This document shows, piece after piece, positions 38,833-47,875 of a DNA stretch of 60,964 nt. Numbering within the stretch: the stretch's first letter is position 1; the number at the start of each line of letters is the position of its first letter. The position numbers and the translations under genes are program-made. The DNA comes from Lentisphaerales bacterium (GTDB lineage Bacteria > Verrucomicrobiota > Kiritimatiellia > JAUXFM01), in the NCBI GenBank assembly GCA_030622955.1, contig JAUXFM010000002.1, forward strand, positions 1 to 60,964, in the 5' to 3' direction. The notes beneath the pieces are model-generated. The model saw nothing but the letters and a program-made list of their open reading frames with translations. It was not told where the DNA came from and did no database searches.

Positions 38833-41346
38833 CTAGTTGGCCCGTCCTCTCCAAACGCTTTCCTCTCTGAACCTCAATGGCTCATCCCTGACCTTGATGT
38901 TCGAGGTTACCTCGACCGTCAACGGCTTGGACGGATCCTTCATAATAAATTTCTTCTTGATCTTCAGGACTTCCCATCGCGTCATATCGAACTCTTCCGT
39001 GAATTCTGCCACCTCGACAGCATCCACCGGTACGGCTTTGAAATGAAGCTTGCCCTTGATGGTGAAGTCACGGTCGTATCCGAACAGGCTCACAACGGCG
39101 ATGGCTTCATTGCCATTGACAACTAGCTCCTTGTGCGGACGTGAACAGGTCCCCGGCCACAGCCTGTCCCCTATTTCATCCGCCATAGCCAACTCCTGGC
39201 CACACCACTTCAGGTCCGCCGTGCCTTGGATCTTGAACTGATCTGAATAGGGCTCATACACACGTTCTCTCTCGAGCTTGCGGACGACACGTAGTTCCTC
39301 GAACGGATCCAGCTCCACTGAGATCTCATTTTTGAACTTTTTCACCATCTTCTCCGGGTTCGTGCTGAGCTTGATCCTGCCGGTGACGCGATGAGCGCTC
39401 CTGTTCTTCAGATCGATGACCAGGGGAACCGTTTTCTCATCATGGTCCTCGCCCCACTCGAGCCTGAACCAGCATCCGGAAAGATCGGCGACCGCTTGTG
39501 GCGCCTTTTCGGAATTGGTCGCCTTTATAGCTTTGGCGAATTGCGGCACAACTTCTTCAAACTGAGCCAGCGCTCGGAGCTGATCGGCCTGGCTTCCTGA
39601 CGCAGCCACCTGCATTTCATTACGTAATGAGAGCAGGCGCTTGGGTACCTGATCTCCGAGCCGCCAGCAAGCCTTTGTCAACCAACCGAGCTGCTGATCG
39701 CCTGGGTTCAACCATCGATTGATCGGCCCCTCTACCATGTAGGCACTCACCGGCTGACTGCCGTCATCGAGATAGGGTGCAATACCTGCACCGCCACCTT
39801 GAGCCTCCAAGCTGATGGTACCGTCAAGGATCTGCTCGCGTTGTGCCTTCGTCAAACTGGCAGAGCTTGAGAATGATTCAACGGAGCCCTTTACATCGCA
39901 TCGCAGTCTGACATCCAGTGATTTAGAGGCAATCGTGACGTGCATTCCAATTTTCGGATTACTTGATTCTTTCAGGGCGCTGACCATGTTGCCCGGCAGG
40001 TTCTTCTCAATCGGATCAGCATCACCGATCGCAATCCTGAGTCTGCTCGCGTCGAGAAGAAGAATCTTGCATGTCGGGCGCTTCTCGTCACAGGCCAGGC
40101 CAAGACCCACTGCCTTGTTGATTATGGCTCCCTCTTCGTCCCTGTCATAGCCAATCAAGCAACCCAACGACGGTTCATCGACATCACGCTCGACCAGTCC
40201 AACGAGCGGTGAGGGTTCAGGCGAAGGATAATCCATCAAGACGCCTCTGCGACAAACAGGGCTACCCGGTGTCAGCGTAATGCATACTCTCCCGTCGCCT
40301 TTACGGCGCCAGAACATACTGCCACGCGCTTCCCACTTGCCCCCCTCAAACCGTGTTTCCCGCTTGGAATCCTCAAGCCATTCCTTAAACTCCGCCTCAA
40401 TCGCCTGCCAGCTTCCATATAGCGAAAGACTGATTACATTGGCCTGAGCCTTACGGGCGCGCCCTGGCGTCTTCTCCATTTCATCCAGCCAGATCTTGTA
40501 GAACTGGTAGCGAAGAGGCTCGTCCATGAGAAAATGCAGCATACCAGCGCCGGGGCCGTACCCTCGCCAGTGAGTCGAGAAGTTCTCGATCTTGGGATGC
40601 CTTTTCGAGCGCCATGATCTCACCGATCCTTTGCTCGTTGTGCCCCATGGCTTATCGACAACGAAGTTCGTCTGCTGCTTGTTGCGATGATCGCGCCGTA
40701 TGGATACGGCATCCTGTGCTGAGCCCTCGCCAAAGAATCCCCCCAACCCGTTCACTTCGTACCACATTATTGAATTTATGGCGTGAAACGTTTCATGCAT
40801 GACCAAGTATTGCGAACCACCATAGGCATGTGCAACGTGGTTATAGAAGAGCTTTTCACCGCTGCCATAGGGCCCGCGCTGCAAGCCATGGTCATGCGTT
40901 GAGCGGTTGGCCGTCTTTCGGCTCCTGGCAAAGACAAGCACGATGCGCCTGAAATCACTGCCTCGTGGCTCTCTGCCGAAATAACAGTAGGCCCATTGGT
41001 AGTAGGCCATCTCGAGTTTTTCGAGTGCGTCCCTGATCTTGGCCGCATCTTTTCTTCCGTAATCGGTTTTCAATGCGAAATGCCTGCTGACCCACCACTC
41101 GAAACCATCACTGTTAGTTATCTTGTCGTCCGACCAGGTGCAAGGGATGTTTTTGCCCAAACAGGCAACATCGAGTTCCCGCAGCGTTGAGGTCAGGCCG
41201 CGCGAAACCACATTGCATCGCTGATCGCGGGGATGCGGAACAGGCAGGCGCTCATCTTCTTCCGCACGCACGGAAGGCAAGCCAAGCATGATCGCCACCA
41301 GCATTGCTGAAAACCGCTGCCGCCGCATGAAATTACCGACACCCAT
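38833..41346 (-). CDS. secreted 837-aa protein with N-terminal DUF1570-like HExxH (putative zinc metallopeptidase) domain
   Basis: Signal peptide MRRQRFSAMLVAIMLGLPSVRA. HETFH is encoded at 40783-40797, with a downstream FFGEGSAQ. The C-terminal ~500 aa are unassigned. Confidence 0.65.
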   Translation of the reverse strand: MGVGNFMRRQRFSAMLVAIMLGLPSVRAEEDERLPVPHPRDQRCNVVSRGLTSTLRELDVACLGKNIPCTWSDDKITNSDGFEWWVSRHFALKTDYGRKDAAKIRDALEKLEMAYYQWAYCYFGREPRGSDFRRIVLVFARSRKTANRSTHDHGLQRGPYGSGEKLFYNHVAHAYGGSQYLVMHETFHAINSIMWYEVNGLGGFFGEGSAQDAVSIRRDHRNKQQTNFVVDKPWGTTSKGSVRSWRSKRHPKIENFSTHWRGYGPGAGMLHFLMDEPLRYQFYKIWLDEMEKTPGRARKAQANVISLSLYGSWQAIEAEFKEWLEDSKRETRFEGGKWEARGSMFWRRKGDGRVCITLTPGSPVCRRGVLMDYPSPEPSPLVGLVERDVDEPSLGCLIGYDRDEEGAIINKAVGLGLACDEKRPTCKILLLDASRLRIAIGDADPIEKNLPGNMVSALKESSNPKIGMHVTIASKSLDVRLRCDVKGSVESFSSSASLTKAQREQILDGTISLEAQGGGAGIAPYLDDGSQPVSAYMVEGPINRWLNPGDQQLGWLTKACWRLGDQVPKRLLSLRNEMQVAASGSQADQLRALAQFEEVVPQFAKAIKATNSEKAPQAVADLSGCWFRLEWGEDHDEKTVPLVIDLKNRSAHRVTGRIKLSTNPEKMVKKFKNEISVELDPFEELRVVRKLERERVYEPYSDQFKIQGTADLKWCGQELAMADEIGDRLWPGTCSRPHKELVVNGNEAIAVVSLFGYDRDFTIKGKLHFKAVPVDAVEVAEFTEEFDMTRWEVLKIKKKFIMKDPSKPLTVEVTSNIKVRDEPLRFREESVWRGRAN

Positions 41347-41808
41347 GATCTTTCCCCCTCCCCCACATTAATTTTGCACTATACAGCTTCGCACGGGATA
41401 TAGCAACAATTTGCGCGCATTACTGATAGGACCCGATTATTCGTGCCGGGTACAACTCCACAATCTGTCGGCGACAATACAGAACGCTGACTATGCGAAG
41501 TCTTCAGGTGCAGGAATGGGCAAGATTATCGTACGGTACGGGGTGTATATGCAGCAAGCAAGAGCAGTCTTCTTCAAGCTGGGCAAAGATTTTAATCGTT
41601 GACTGGCTGTCGCACCAAACAGTTTGGGTCATCTTTTGCCAAGATGTGGGCAACGTGCTGTTAAGCGGTAATTCAGGGACCCACATTCCTCGCGATAGAA
41701 ATCAGGAAACAGCAGCCGGACGGGCGAACCTCGCATCGCACTTGCGTCTTTACACGCTGCCATGATCATCGCATCTCCTCGCTTTTCTTAATCAAAGAGA
41801 AGAAGGCA

Positions 41809-41826
41809 CGAAACCTGACAGTTTCG
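41809..41826 (-). terminator. weak hairpin CGAAAC-N6-GTTTCG directly after the 977-aa gene stop, followed by a T/C-rich tract
   Basis: Read directly. The stem is only 6 bp and the tail TGCCTTCTTCTCTTTG is not a clean U-run. Confidence 0.3.
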
Positions 41827-41827
41827 C

Positions 41828-44761
41828 CTACGGTTTCAGCCGATACTTCAATCCCTCGATCTTCTTCCCCTCTGTTGACATTATATTGGCGCCGAATTTC
41901 CAACCGCCGTGAGTCACGGATATCTTCACCAGTATTTTGTTCGCGCCCTTCTTCAGCTTGAAGGACTTCACATGATCGTTAATGCGGTAGCCACGCTCTT
42001 TCTCATGAAGCTCACCGATGCGCTTGTCGTTGACCCATATGACGAACCCGTCTTCAGATCCAATCCCAAACTTGGCATTCATATCCTTTGGCGCGTCAAC
42101 CCAGGTAACAGCATAGGCCGCAACGTTCTCCGGCCAGCCGTATAGTTTATTGAAATCAACGACACAATCGTCTCTGAACGCTAGCATGCTCTTTATATCC
42201 TGCAGAACCCACTTAACGTCCTTCTCCCCTCTTCCCTTGTAAGTGTTCGCAAGATCGATAGGCTCATTCTCAATCACATGCGCCACATCAACCTCTGCTC
42301 CGCCCTGATTATGGAAGGGGCCAATGACCATCCACTTGTTAACGGCTGTGCCTATCCACTGTTTCTGCTTGACCACAACCTTGGAAGGATACTTCCTTTC
42401 GATAACACGGCCACTGAAGATCCAGTAATCCCCGATCGAGCTCAACTCGACTGCAAACGTGCCATTCATGGAATCGATATTAACGTTGCCCGTTCTCTTC
42501 GCAAGAGAGGCCCCGCTCTGGTACATTATGGAACTGCCCCTGATAAACTTGACAGGTCCACCCGGCCCGATCTCAACAGGCATGCTCAAGCCTTCTCTCG
42601 TGCCCAGGTCCATGAACGCGTATGCCACGCAGGGCTTGTTGCCCGGTTGCCAGATCTTGCCCAAATCCACGGTTGTACCCATGGGAATTGTGAGCACTTC
42701 CACTGCCTGCCTGGTTCCATCTGCGCCTTTGAACAATCCTGCCACTGAATTGATTTTCGGCAGTTGCCTCGCCCAGGAGGGCCGTTCTTCCTTATTCTTA
42801 TCGGCCTGGAACTGCCCTCCGCCTTTGACGAACGGGCCGACTATCGTCCACTGTCCGGCCTTGACGGTCCTAGGCGCTGTAGGATCTCTGCCTTGCGCTT
42901 CCGACGCATATCCCTGCGCAGTTAGGGCGATCGCTTTCGCCTCTTCCGTACGGCCGAGCCCCCTGAGCACAAGCGATCGATACATGTAGTAATGGGCATT
43001 GCCAAAATATGCATGCTGCGTACCTTGCACCGTCCTGTTCATATCCTTCAGGGCTTTCCCCCACTCGCCCTGCTGTACATACGCATGCGCCCGCAGGTGA
43101 TAGATTGGCTTGGAGTTCTCGCCAAATCTGATCGCCATGCTCAGCAGTTCAGAACCAACAGCGAACTCCTTCCTTTCAATGGCATCATATGCCACATCAA
43201 AGGTAATTCTGCCAAGAACAGCGCGCAGATTTTCAAACACTCCATGTTCTCCCTGCCCAAACCTCGGCAGGCTGTGTATGACAGTGCCATCTTCCGCAAG
43301 TATCAGGATATGGGTCGAATTCCCGCGGATACCATGTTCATCCTGCAGTTTCGCATATTGCCCCGAACTGATGCTCGCCATCGGCCCGGATATATCTTCC
43401 TGCTTGAGCAATTCCTTAAGATTGTCAACTTCTGCAAAGAGCGCAATCGTTTCCATATTCGACTGGTATTGCTTGAACTCCCGCCTGTGCTTCCTCAGCA
43501 GGCCCAATCTCTCGCGCTTCTGTTCCGGGTCCTCCGGCAATTTTGTCACAAAAACAAGAGTCAGCCTCTTCGTCAACGATGCCGGAAACTCCCTGCTCCC
43601 ACCATCCGGCAGCATCTTGAATTTCCCTTTGAACACCCGCCCCGTATCTGGTGTAAAACCGAGGAACCTGTAGGCTCTGCGCACCCTGATATCCACGGCA
43701 CTTTCATTCGAAAGCCCATGGGTCAGTCCAGCTTCACCGCAGCCAGCGGCCAGCACCACAGCACCAGCTTTCGCCAACTCTGCCGTTTCCCTGTCGGCAA
43801 ACCGCTGCGCCAACCAGAGAACAGCAGTCCTGTTCGCCATCCTGTCCGCGGAACCTCTCACCTTTTCCCTGAGCTCCGCGAATGCCTTCTTCAACTCATC
43901 CGGCGCATCGCCGAGAAAGGCGCCAGAGATGAGGTGTTTCGCACCATCAATGTCGTTTGCAACTCCGCGCATTGGCCCGGCCGCACGCAGGCGATAATCC
44001 GCAATCGCTCCGTTCGGTCTGATAATAATGAAGCAGGGCAACTTCGTTGAACCGTAGATCCTGTAAGCGGGGTCATCACGTCCCTTATCGGCAAAGGTGT
44101 GCGTCCAGTCCAATCTATTGGCATCAATGAACGCCTGTGCCGCTTCTCTTGAGCCGTCCAGGTTGATGCCGATAATCTTGAATCCATCATCCTGCAGCGA
44201 AGCTAACTCCTTGTTCAGCTCAGCAATGCCGTCCTTGATCGCAGGCGCATCAGACGCCCAGAATACAACAATCGCTTTTTGCCCGAGCAGATCCATCGGC
44301 ATTCTGATCTTAGCGCCATCGCCGGTCGTCAAGATCGCATTGAAGCCCTGTTCACGATGCATAAACACACCCAGCTCATCGTGGAGAAACATCAGAACAC
44401 CGGGTTGATCGCCATATCCGGCAATGAGCTTGTTCCTCGCGGACGCCAGGTATTGATATGCCCCCAAGCCACCTGCCCTGTTTCGCAATCGAAGACCATG
44501 CATCAAGCTCTCCGCCGCATGCTCCGTATTGGCATACCTGGCAGCAAACATGTTCAATAAATCGTCCTGCTTCTTGCTCGGATCACGCTTCTTACCGATC
44601 GTCTCTTGCCTGATCTTCTCAAAAGAGGCCGTGGTCTGATCGCGATCAATCTCAAAATCGGTTCTTGCCATACATAAACCGGACAGGCTCAGCGACAACC
44701 CGATTACAGTCAGGGCGAACCACCGAACTGCCAGCTTGTTGTTATGACTTAAACGAATCAT
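41828..44761 (-). CDS. secreted 977-aa multidomain protein: two Cys-less TlpA/thioredoxin-like modules, TPR-like helices, two C-terminal beta-sandwich-like modules
   Basis: Signal peptide. AIVVFWASDAPAIKDG...FKIIGINLDGSREAAQAFI...KLPCFIIIRPNGAI has a TlpA-like layout without CxxC. QWTIVGPF and KWMVIGPF each start a repeated C-terminal module. ATGA overlap with the upstream gene. Confidence 0.75.
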   Translation of the reverse strand: MIRLSHNNKLAVRWFALTVIGLSLSLSGLCMARTDFEIDRDQTTASFEKIRQETIGKKRDPSKKQDDLLNMFAARYANTEHAAESLMHGLRLRNRAGGLGAYQYLASARNKLIAGYGDQPGVLMFLHDELGVFMHREQGFNAILTTGDGAKIRMPMDLLGQKAIVVFWASDAPAIKDGIAELNKELASLQDDGFKIIGINLDGSREAAQAFIDANRLDWTHTFADKGRDDPAYRIYGSTKLPCFIIIRPNGAIADYRLRAAGPMRGVANDIDGAKHLISGAFLGDAPDELKKAFAELREKVRGSADRMANRTAVLWLAQRFADRETAELAKAGAVVLAAGCGEAGLTHGLSNESAVDIRVRRAYRFLGFTPDTGRVFKGKFKMLPDGGSREFPASLTKRLTLVFVTKLPEDPEQKRERLGLLRKHRREFKQYQSNMETIALFAEVDNLKELLKQEDISGPMASISSGQYAKLQDEHGIRGNSTHILILAEDGTVIHSLPRFGQGEHGVFENLRAVLGRITFDVAYDAIERKEFAVGSELLSMAIRFGENSKPIYHLRAHAYVQQGEWGKALKDMNRTVQGTQHAYFGNAHYYMYRSLVLRGLGRTEEAKAIALTAQGYASEAQGRDPTAPRTVKAGQWTIVGPFVKGGGQFQADKNKEERPSWARQLPKINSVAGLFKGADGTRQAVEVLTIPMGTTVDLGKIWQPGNKPCVAYAFMDLGTREGLSMPVEIGPGGPVKFIRGSSIMYQSGASLAKRTGNVNIDSMNGTFAVELSSIGDYWIFSGRVIERKYPSKVVVKQKQWIGTAVNKWMVIGPFHNQGGAEVDVAHVIENEPIDLANTYKGRGEKDVKWVLQDIKSMLAFRDDCVVDFNKLYGWPENVAAYAVTWVDAPKDMNAKFGIGSEDGFVIWVNDKRIGELHEKERGYRINDHVKSFKLKKGANKILVKISVTHGGWKFGANIMSTEGKKIEGLKYRLKP

Positions 44762-47700
44762 TCTTTCGGCCTCAAAGCATGCTTCAATGCGCCGTCCTTG
44801 TTATCAAGAGTGAGCTGCAGGGAAAATGCCCCTGCCAGATTGGCACATTTCAGCAGGATTTCGTTCCAGCCCTCTTTCAGCTCTAAATCGAAGTTCGAGC
44901 TGGATGATTTCGCCACGAACTTGCCGTTGACGTACATCTTTCCATAATCGTCCACTCTGAAGAGTGTTTTGCAGATGCGCGCATCAGGCGAATAGACATA
45001 AGAGACGGCAAAAACAAGGACATTGCGTCGGCGCCAGTGATCCCACATGTTGACGCATCCAGCATGATCCGCTTGGATAACACACCAGGAAGGCCAGCTT
45101 CCCCTGTAAACAAATGGCCGGTCCAGGTCCACCTTCTTCTCAAGCGCAGTCACCTCATCGAAACTCTTCCACTGGGCATTCTTCGATTTCTCTTTCATGT
45201 CGCTCTGGCCAAGCGGATAAACTCCGATCATATTCCATTTCGGGATCGTGTTCGCGCGGATCTGCTCTGTCTTTTCGTAATCCTTCTCGAATATCTCGGC
45301 CTGTTTTCTGGTGGCCGCAGCTTTGGCGCTCTGCCCAAGCGCGTCCAATGCCTCTGCCTTGTTCATCAACATCGGGTAGTGACCGGCTCCGAGCTTGGCC
45401 TTGTCGAGCACCTTATCAATATCTTGCAGAGCCCCCTGCCAATTCTTCAGCTTCACACGAGCCTCGGAACGCATGCCATGTATGAGCCGTGCTTCGATTC
45501 GCCAGTTCAGCTTACACTTGAGCAATTCAGAGAAGAGCCTGTCAGCACCTGCATAGTCGCCCCCATCAAGCGCTTTCTCGCCTTCTGTCCGATAGTACGC
45601 CTTCATCATTGCATCGAACGCAGCATGAAGATCGGGCGCACGGCCGAATCCAGAAGCATCGTGCCAGTTCGAAGGTGGCCTCAGATCGCGCACAATAAGC
45701 CCATCCCTGCTCACTAGCATCGAATAGACACTCGGCCACCATTTACCCCATGGTGAAAATTTCTGCGCAGCCTCATCCGCAAAACCGTCGCCACTAAATG
45801 CCACTTCGCAAGTAATGTCTCCACTGTCTACAAGCCTCTGCACCTGCTCACGAGATTCGCAAAGCATGACGAAGATCATCTCGGCATCATCACTATACTG
45901 TTCGTGCAACTTGCTAATAGACCAGATAGTCGCAAGAAAGCTTCCCATGGCTCGATCATAGTTACCGGAACGCCCCGGAGTACGCTTTGGCGGTGTCACA
46001 AAACACACAACTCCGAACTTGCCATTCAAGTCTTCAGGTAACTTCAGAGTCGTGCCATCCAGCCGAGTCAGCTCCAAGTCAAGCGGACGACCTTCATCAG
46101 GCCTGAATCCGAAGATTCGCAACATACGACGTACACGCCAGTCATCATAGATTCTCTTGTCCTGCATGAACTTGCCGATCATTTCGTCGAACATGTCCTC
46201 TTCGCCCATGCACAAGGCAAACAACACTGCATAGGCCCTTGCAATGTCGTAGGCATCTGTATCGGCATATTTCTCTGCAAATGCCGCAATACTCTTCTTC
46301 AGATCCGCAAGATCCGACTGCTTACGTAATTTTTGTTTTGCGAGAATGATGTCGGCCAACAGCTTGGCGCCCGATGGGATGCGCGATTCAGAGATCTCTG
46401 CCGCCAGAGCGAGAGCTTCCTTCTTTTTCGCAGTGTCGCTAGTGAGGATCACAAGGCCTTCAAGTGCAGTCAAGATCCTGTTCCTAACAAGAAATGCATT
46501 CCCAGCGTTTGGATGTTTGTCCAGCATCTCACGTCCAAGAGCCAATGCAGCCTCGTAACGTGCAATCGAACTTGACATTGATTCAGTATAGCGTTCAGGC
46601 GGAATCAGAAACAGAGACTGAAGATCGTCAAGAAGATATTCCGGGATGAGTTCACCCCCGACCTTGTAGTTCTCTGACAATGATGCCTCAGGCGGATTGT
46701 TCATGTCTGTAGGCCCAAATGGTTCCGTAACTAGGCATTCTCCCGACAGCAGGAAGGTCACCATGTTTCCCCCGAGATTACGCCCCTTCAATTTATGCAA
46801 CCCCGCAATGCTATCGCTCTTAACTCGCCCGGCAGAGCCTACCAGGCAGTAGCTGGGTTGATCGGATGTACCAAAACGTGAATAGGCATCGTTCTTCCGC
46901 CCGCCTGGTGCAACGACCTGCATCCCGTTAAGCCCATGCAGGCGGCAGAAACGCTTCGCCCCCTCCACGTCTTCGTTGAGATTTATGCCGATCAATGTCA
47001 CGTCTGTGCTGTTCGGGGATTGATACAGCTTCTTTATGTCGCTGAGCTTGTGTTCCATGCTGTAGACCTTGTGGTCCCAGAAATACAGAAAGTTTTTGCG
47101 CCCCATCAGGTCCAGCGGTGCAACAAGTATCTCTCCGTCCAGTGTCCTGAACCGCCCCCTGAACAGCCGTCCGACATTAAGATAGCGCCCAAACCGATCA
47201 CGCATAAAGCCGGCAACACCCGGCACATCGCTGAAGGATTTGGACAAAACCTTGCGATAGCCTGACAGGGCACGCCCATCGTCCGCGTCAAACGCCATCA
47301 GCATCCCGCACATCAGAGCTTTCGCCTCCACTTCACGGTTTTCGATGCCTCTGTATCGCTCGACAAACTCCCTATTCAGTTTCCGTTCTTCCCGCACATT
47401 ATCCTCGTCGAGAGCGCTGAGTTTAGCATGTGTTACTACCAGATCGGCTTGAATTCGTATTGCGGGCAGCGCACTGGATGTTGCGAGTTTCTCTGCAATC
47501 TTGATGAGCACCTTGGAATGCTCATCGGATGCTTCCAGAATTGCTGTCTCCTGCGCGGAACGCATCATGACTGCCCAGAGTTCTACAATGTTTGTCGCGC
47601 CGGGGTACGTCTTTTCCAGTTCCCGGCCGGCCTGGATGATGCCCATGAAGGTCCTGACACGTTTCCGCTCGGACTGCCCGGGCGTAGCCGTGGCATATGT

Positions 47701-47871
47701 CTTGTAGAGCTTCCTGATGGCATGAATGGGAATATTGGCCGGCGCTTCAGCGGGTCCAGGTTCAGCATCCTGTGCAACTGCACCGCAGGCCAGCACAACG
47801 CAGGACACGAAAACCGAAAGATAGATTCGGGTGCGAAGATGACTAATGACTGATGACTGGTAACTACTCAC
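44758..47871 (-). CDS. secreted 1037-aa paralogue of 41828..44761 (two Cys-less thioredoxin-like modules, TPR-like region, C-terminal beta-sandwich-like module)
   Basis: KNFLYFWDHKVYSM...VTLIGINLNEDVEGAKRF and FGVVCFVTPPKRTP... are TlpA-like without CxxC. KWNMIGVYP starts the C-terminal module. GTG start at 47871, 4 nt after the upstream stop. Confidence 0.75.
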   Translation of the reverse strand: MSSYQSSVISHLRTRIYLSVFVSCVVLACGAVAQDAEPGPAEAPANIPIHAIRKLYKTYATATPGQSERKRVRTFMGIIQAGRELEKTYPGATNIVELWAVMMRSAQETAILEASDEHSKVLIKIAEKLATSSALPAIRIQADLVVTHAKLSALDEDNVREERKLNREFVERYRGIENREVEAKALMCGMLMAFDADDGRALSGYRKVLSKSFSDVPGVAGFMRDRFGRYLNVGRLFRGRFRTLDGEILVAPLDLMGRKNFLYFWDHKVYSMEHKLSDIKKLYQSPNSTDVTLIGINLNEDVEGAKRFCRLHGLNGMQVVAPGGRKNDAYSRFGTSDQPSYCLVGSAGRVKSDSIAGLHKLKGRNLGGNMVTFLLSGECLVTEPFGPTDMNNPPEASLSENYKVGGELIPEYLLDDLQSLFLIPPERYTESMSSSIARYEAALALGREMLDKHPNAGNAFLVRNRILTALEGLVILTSDTAKKKEALALAAEISESRIPSGAKLLADIILAKQKLRKQSDLADLKKSIAAFAEKYADTDAYDIARAYAVLFALCMGEEDMFDEMIGKFMQDKRIYDDWRVRRMLRIFGFRPDEGRPLDLELTRLDGTTLKLPEDLNGKFGVVCFVTPPKRTPGRSGNYDRAMGSFLATIWSISKLHEQYSDDAEMIFVMLCESREQVQRLVDSGDITCEVAFSGDGFADEAAQKFSPWGKWWPSVYSMLVSRDGLIVRDLRPPSNWHDASGFGRAPDLHAAFDAMMKAYYRTEGEKALDGGDYAGADRLFSELLKCKLNWRIEARLIHGMRSEARVKLKNWQGALQDIDKVLDKAKLGAGHYPMLMNKAEALDALGQSAKAAATRKQAEIFEKDYEKTEQIRANTIPKWNMIGVYPLGQSDMKEKSKNAQWKSFDEVTALEKKVDLDRPFVYRGSWPSWCVIQADHAGCVNMWDHWRRRNVLVFAVSYVYSPDARICKTLFRVDDYGKMYVNGKFVAKSSSSNFDLELKEGWNEILLKCANLAGAFSLQLTLDNKDGALKHALRPKE

Positions 47872-47875
47872 TGAT

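Noticed and set aside
41629-41769. 46-aa minus-strand ORF (MIMAACKDASAMRGSPVRLLFPDFYREECGSLNYRLTARCPHLGKR) with GAGGAG 5 nt upstream of its ATG.
   Set aside because: The only support is the SD-like hexamer. It starts about 40 nt after the putative terminator hairpin, has no visible promoter and no recognisable family. I keep it as a possible small ORF but do not call it.
42992-44050. 352-aa plus-strand ORF inside the 977-aa gene. Similar large plus-strand ORFs lie at 45037..45717, 48831..49565 and 59713..60636.
   Set aside because: All are antisense to long genes that have signal peptides, domain motifs and operon-style coupling. None has an SD or recognisable motifs.
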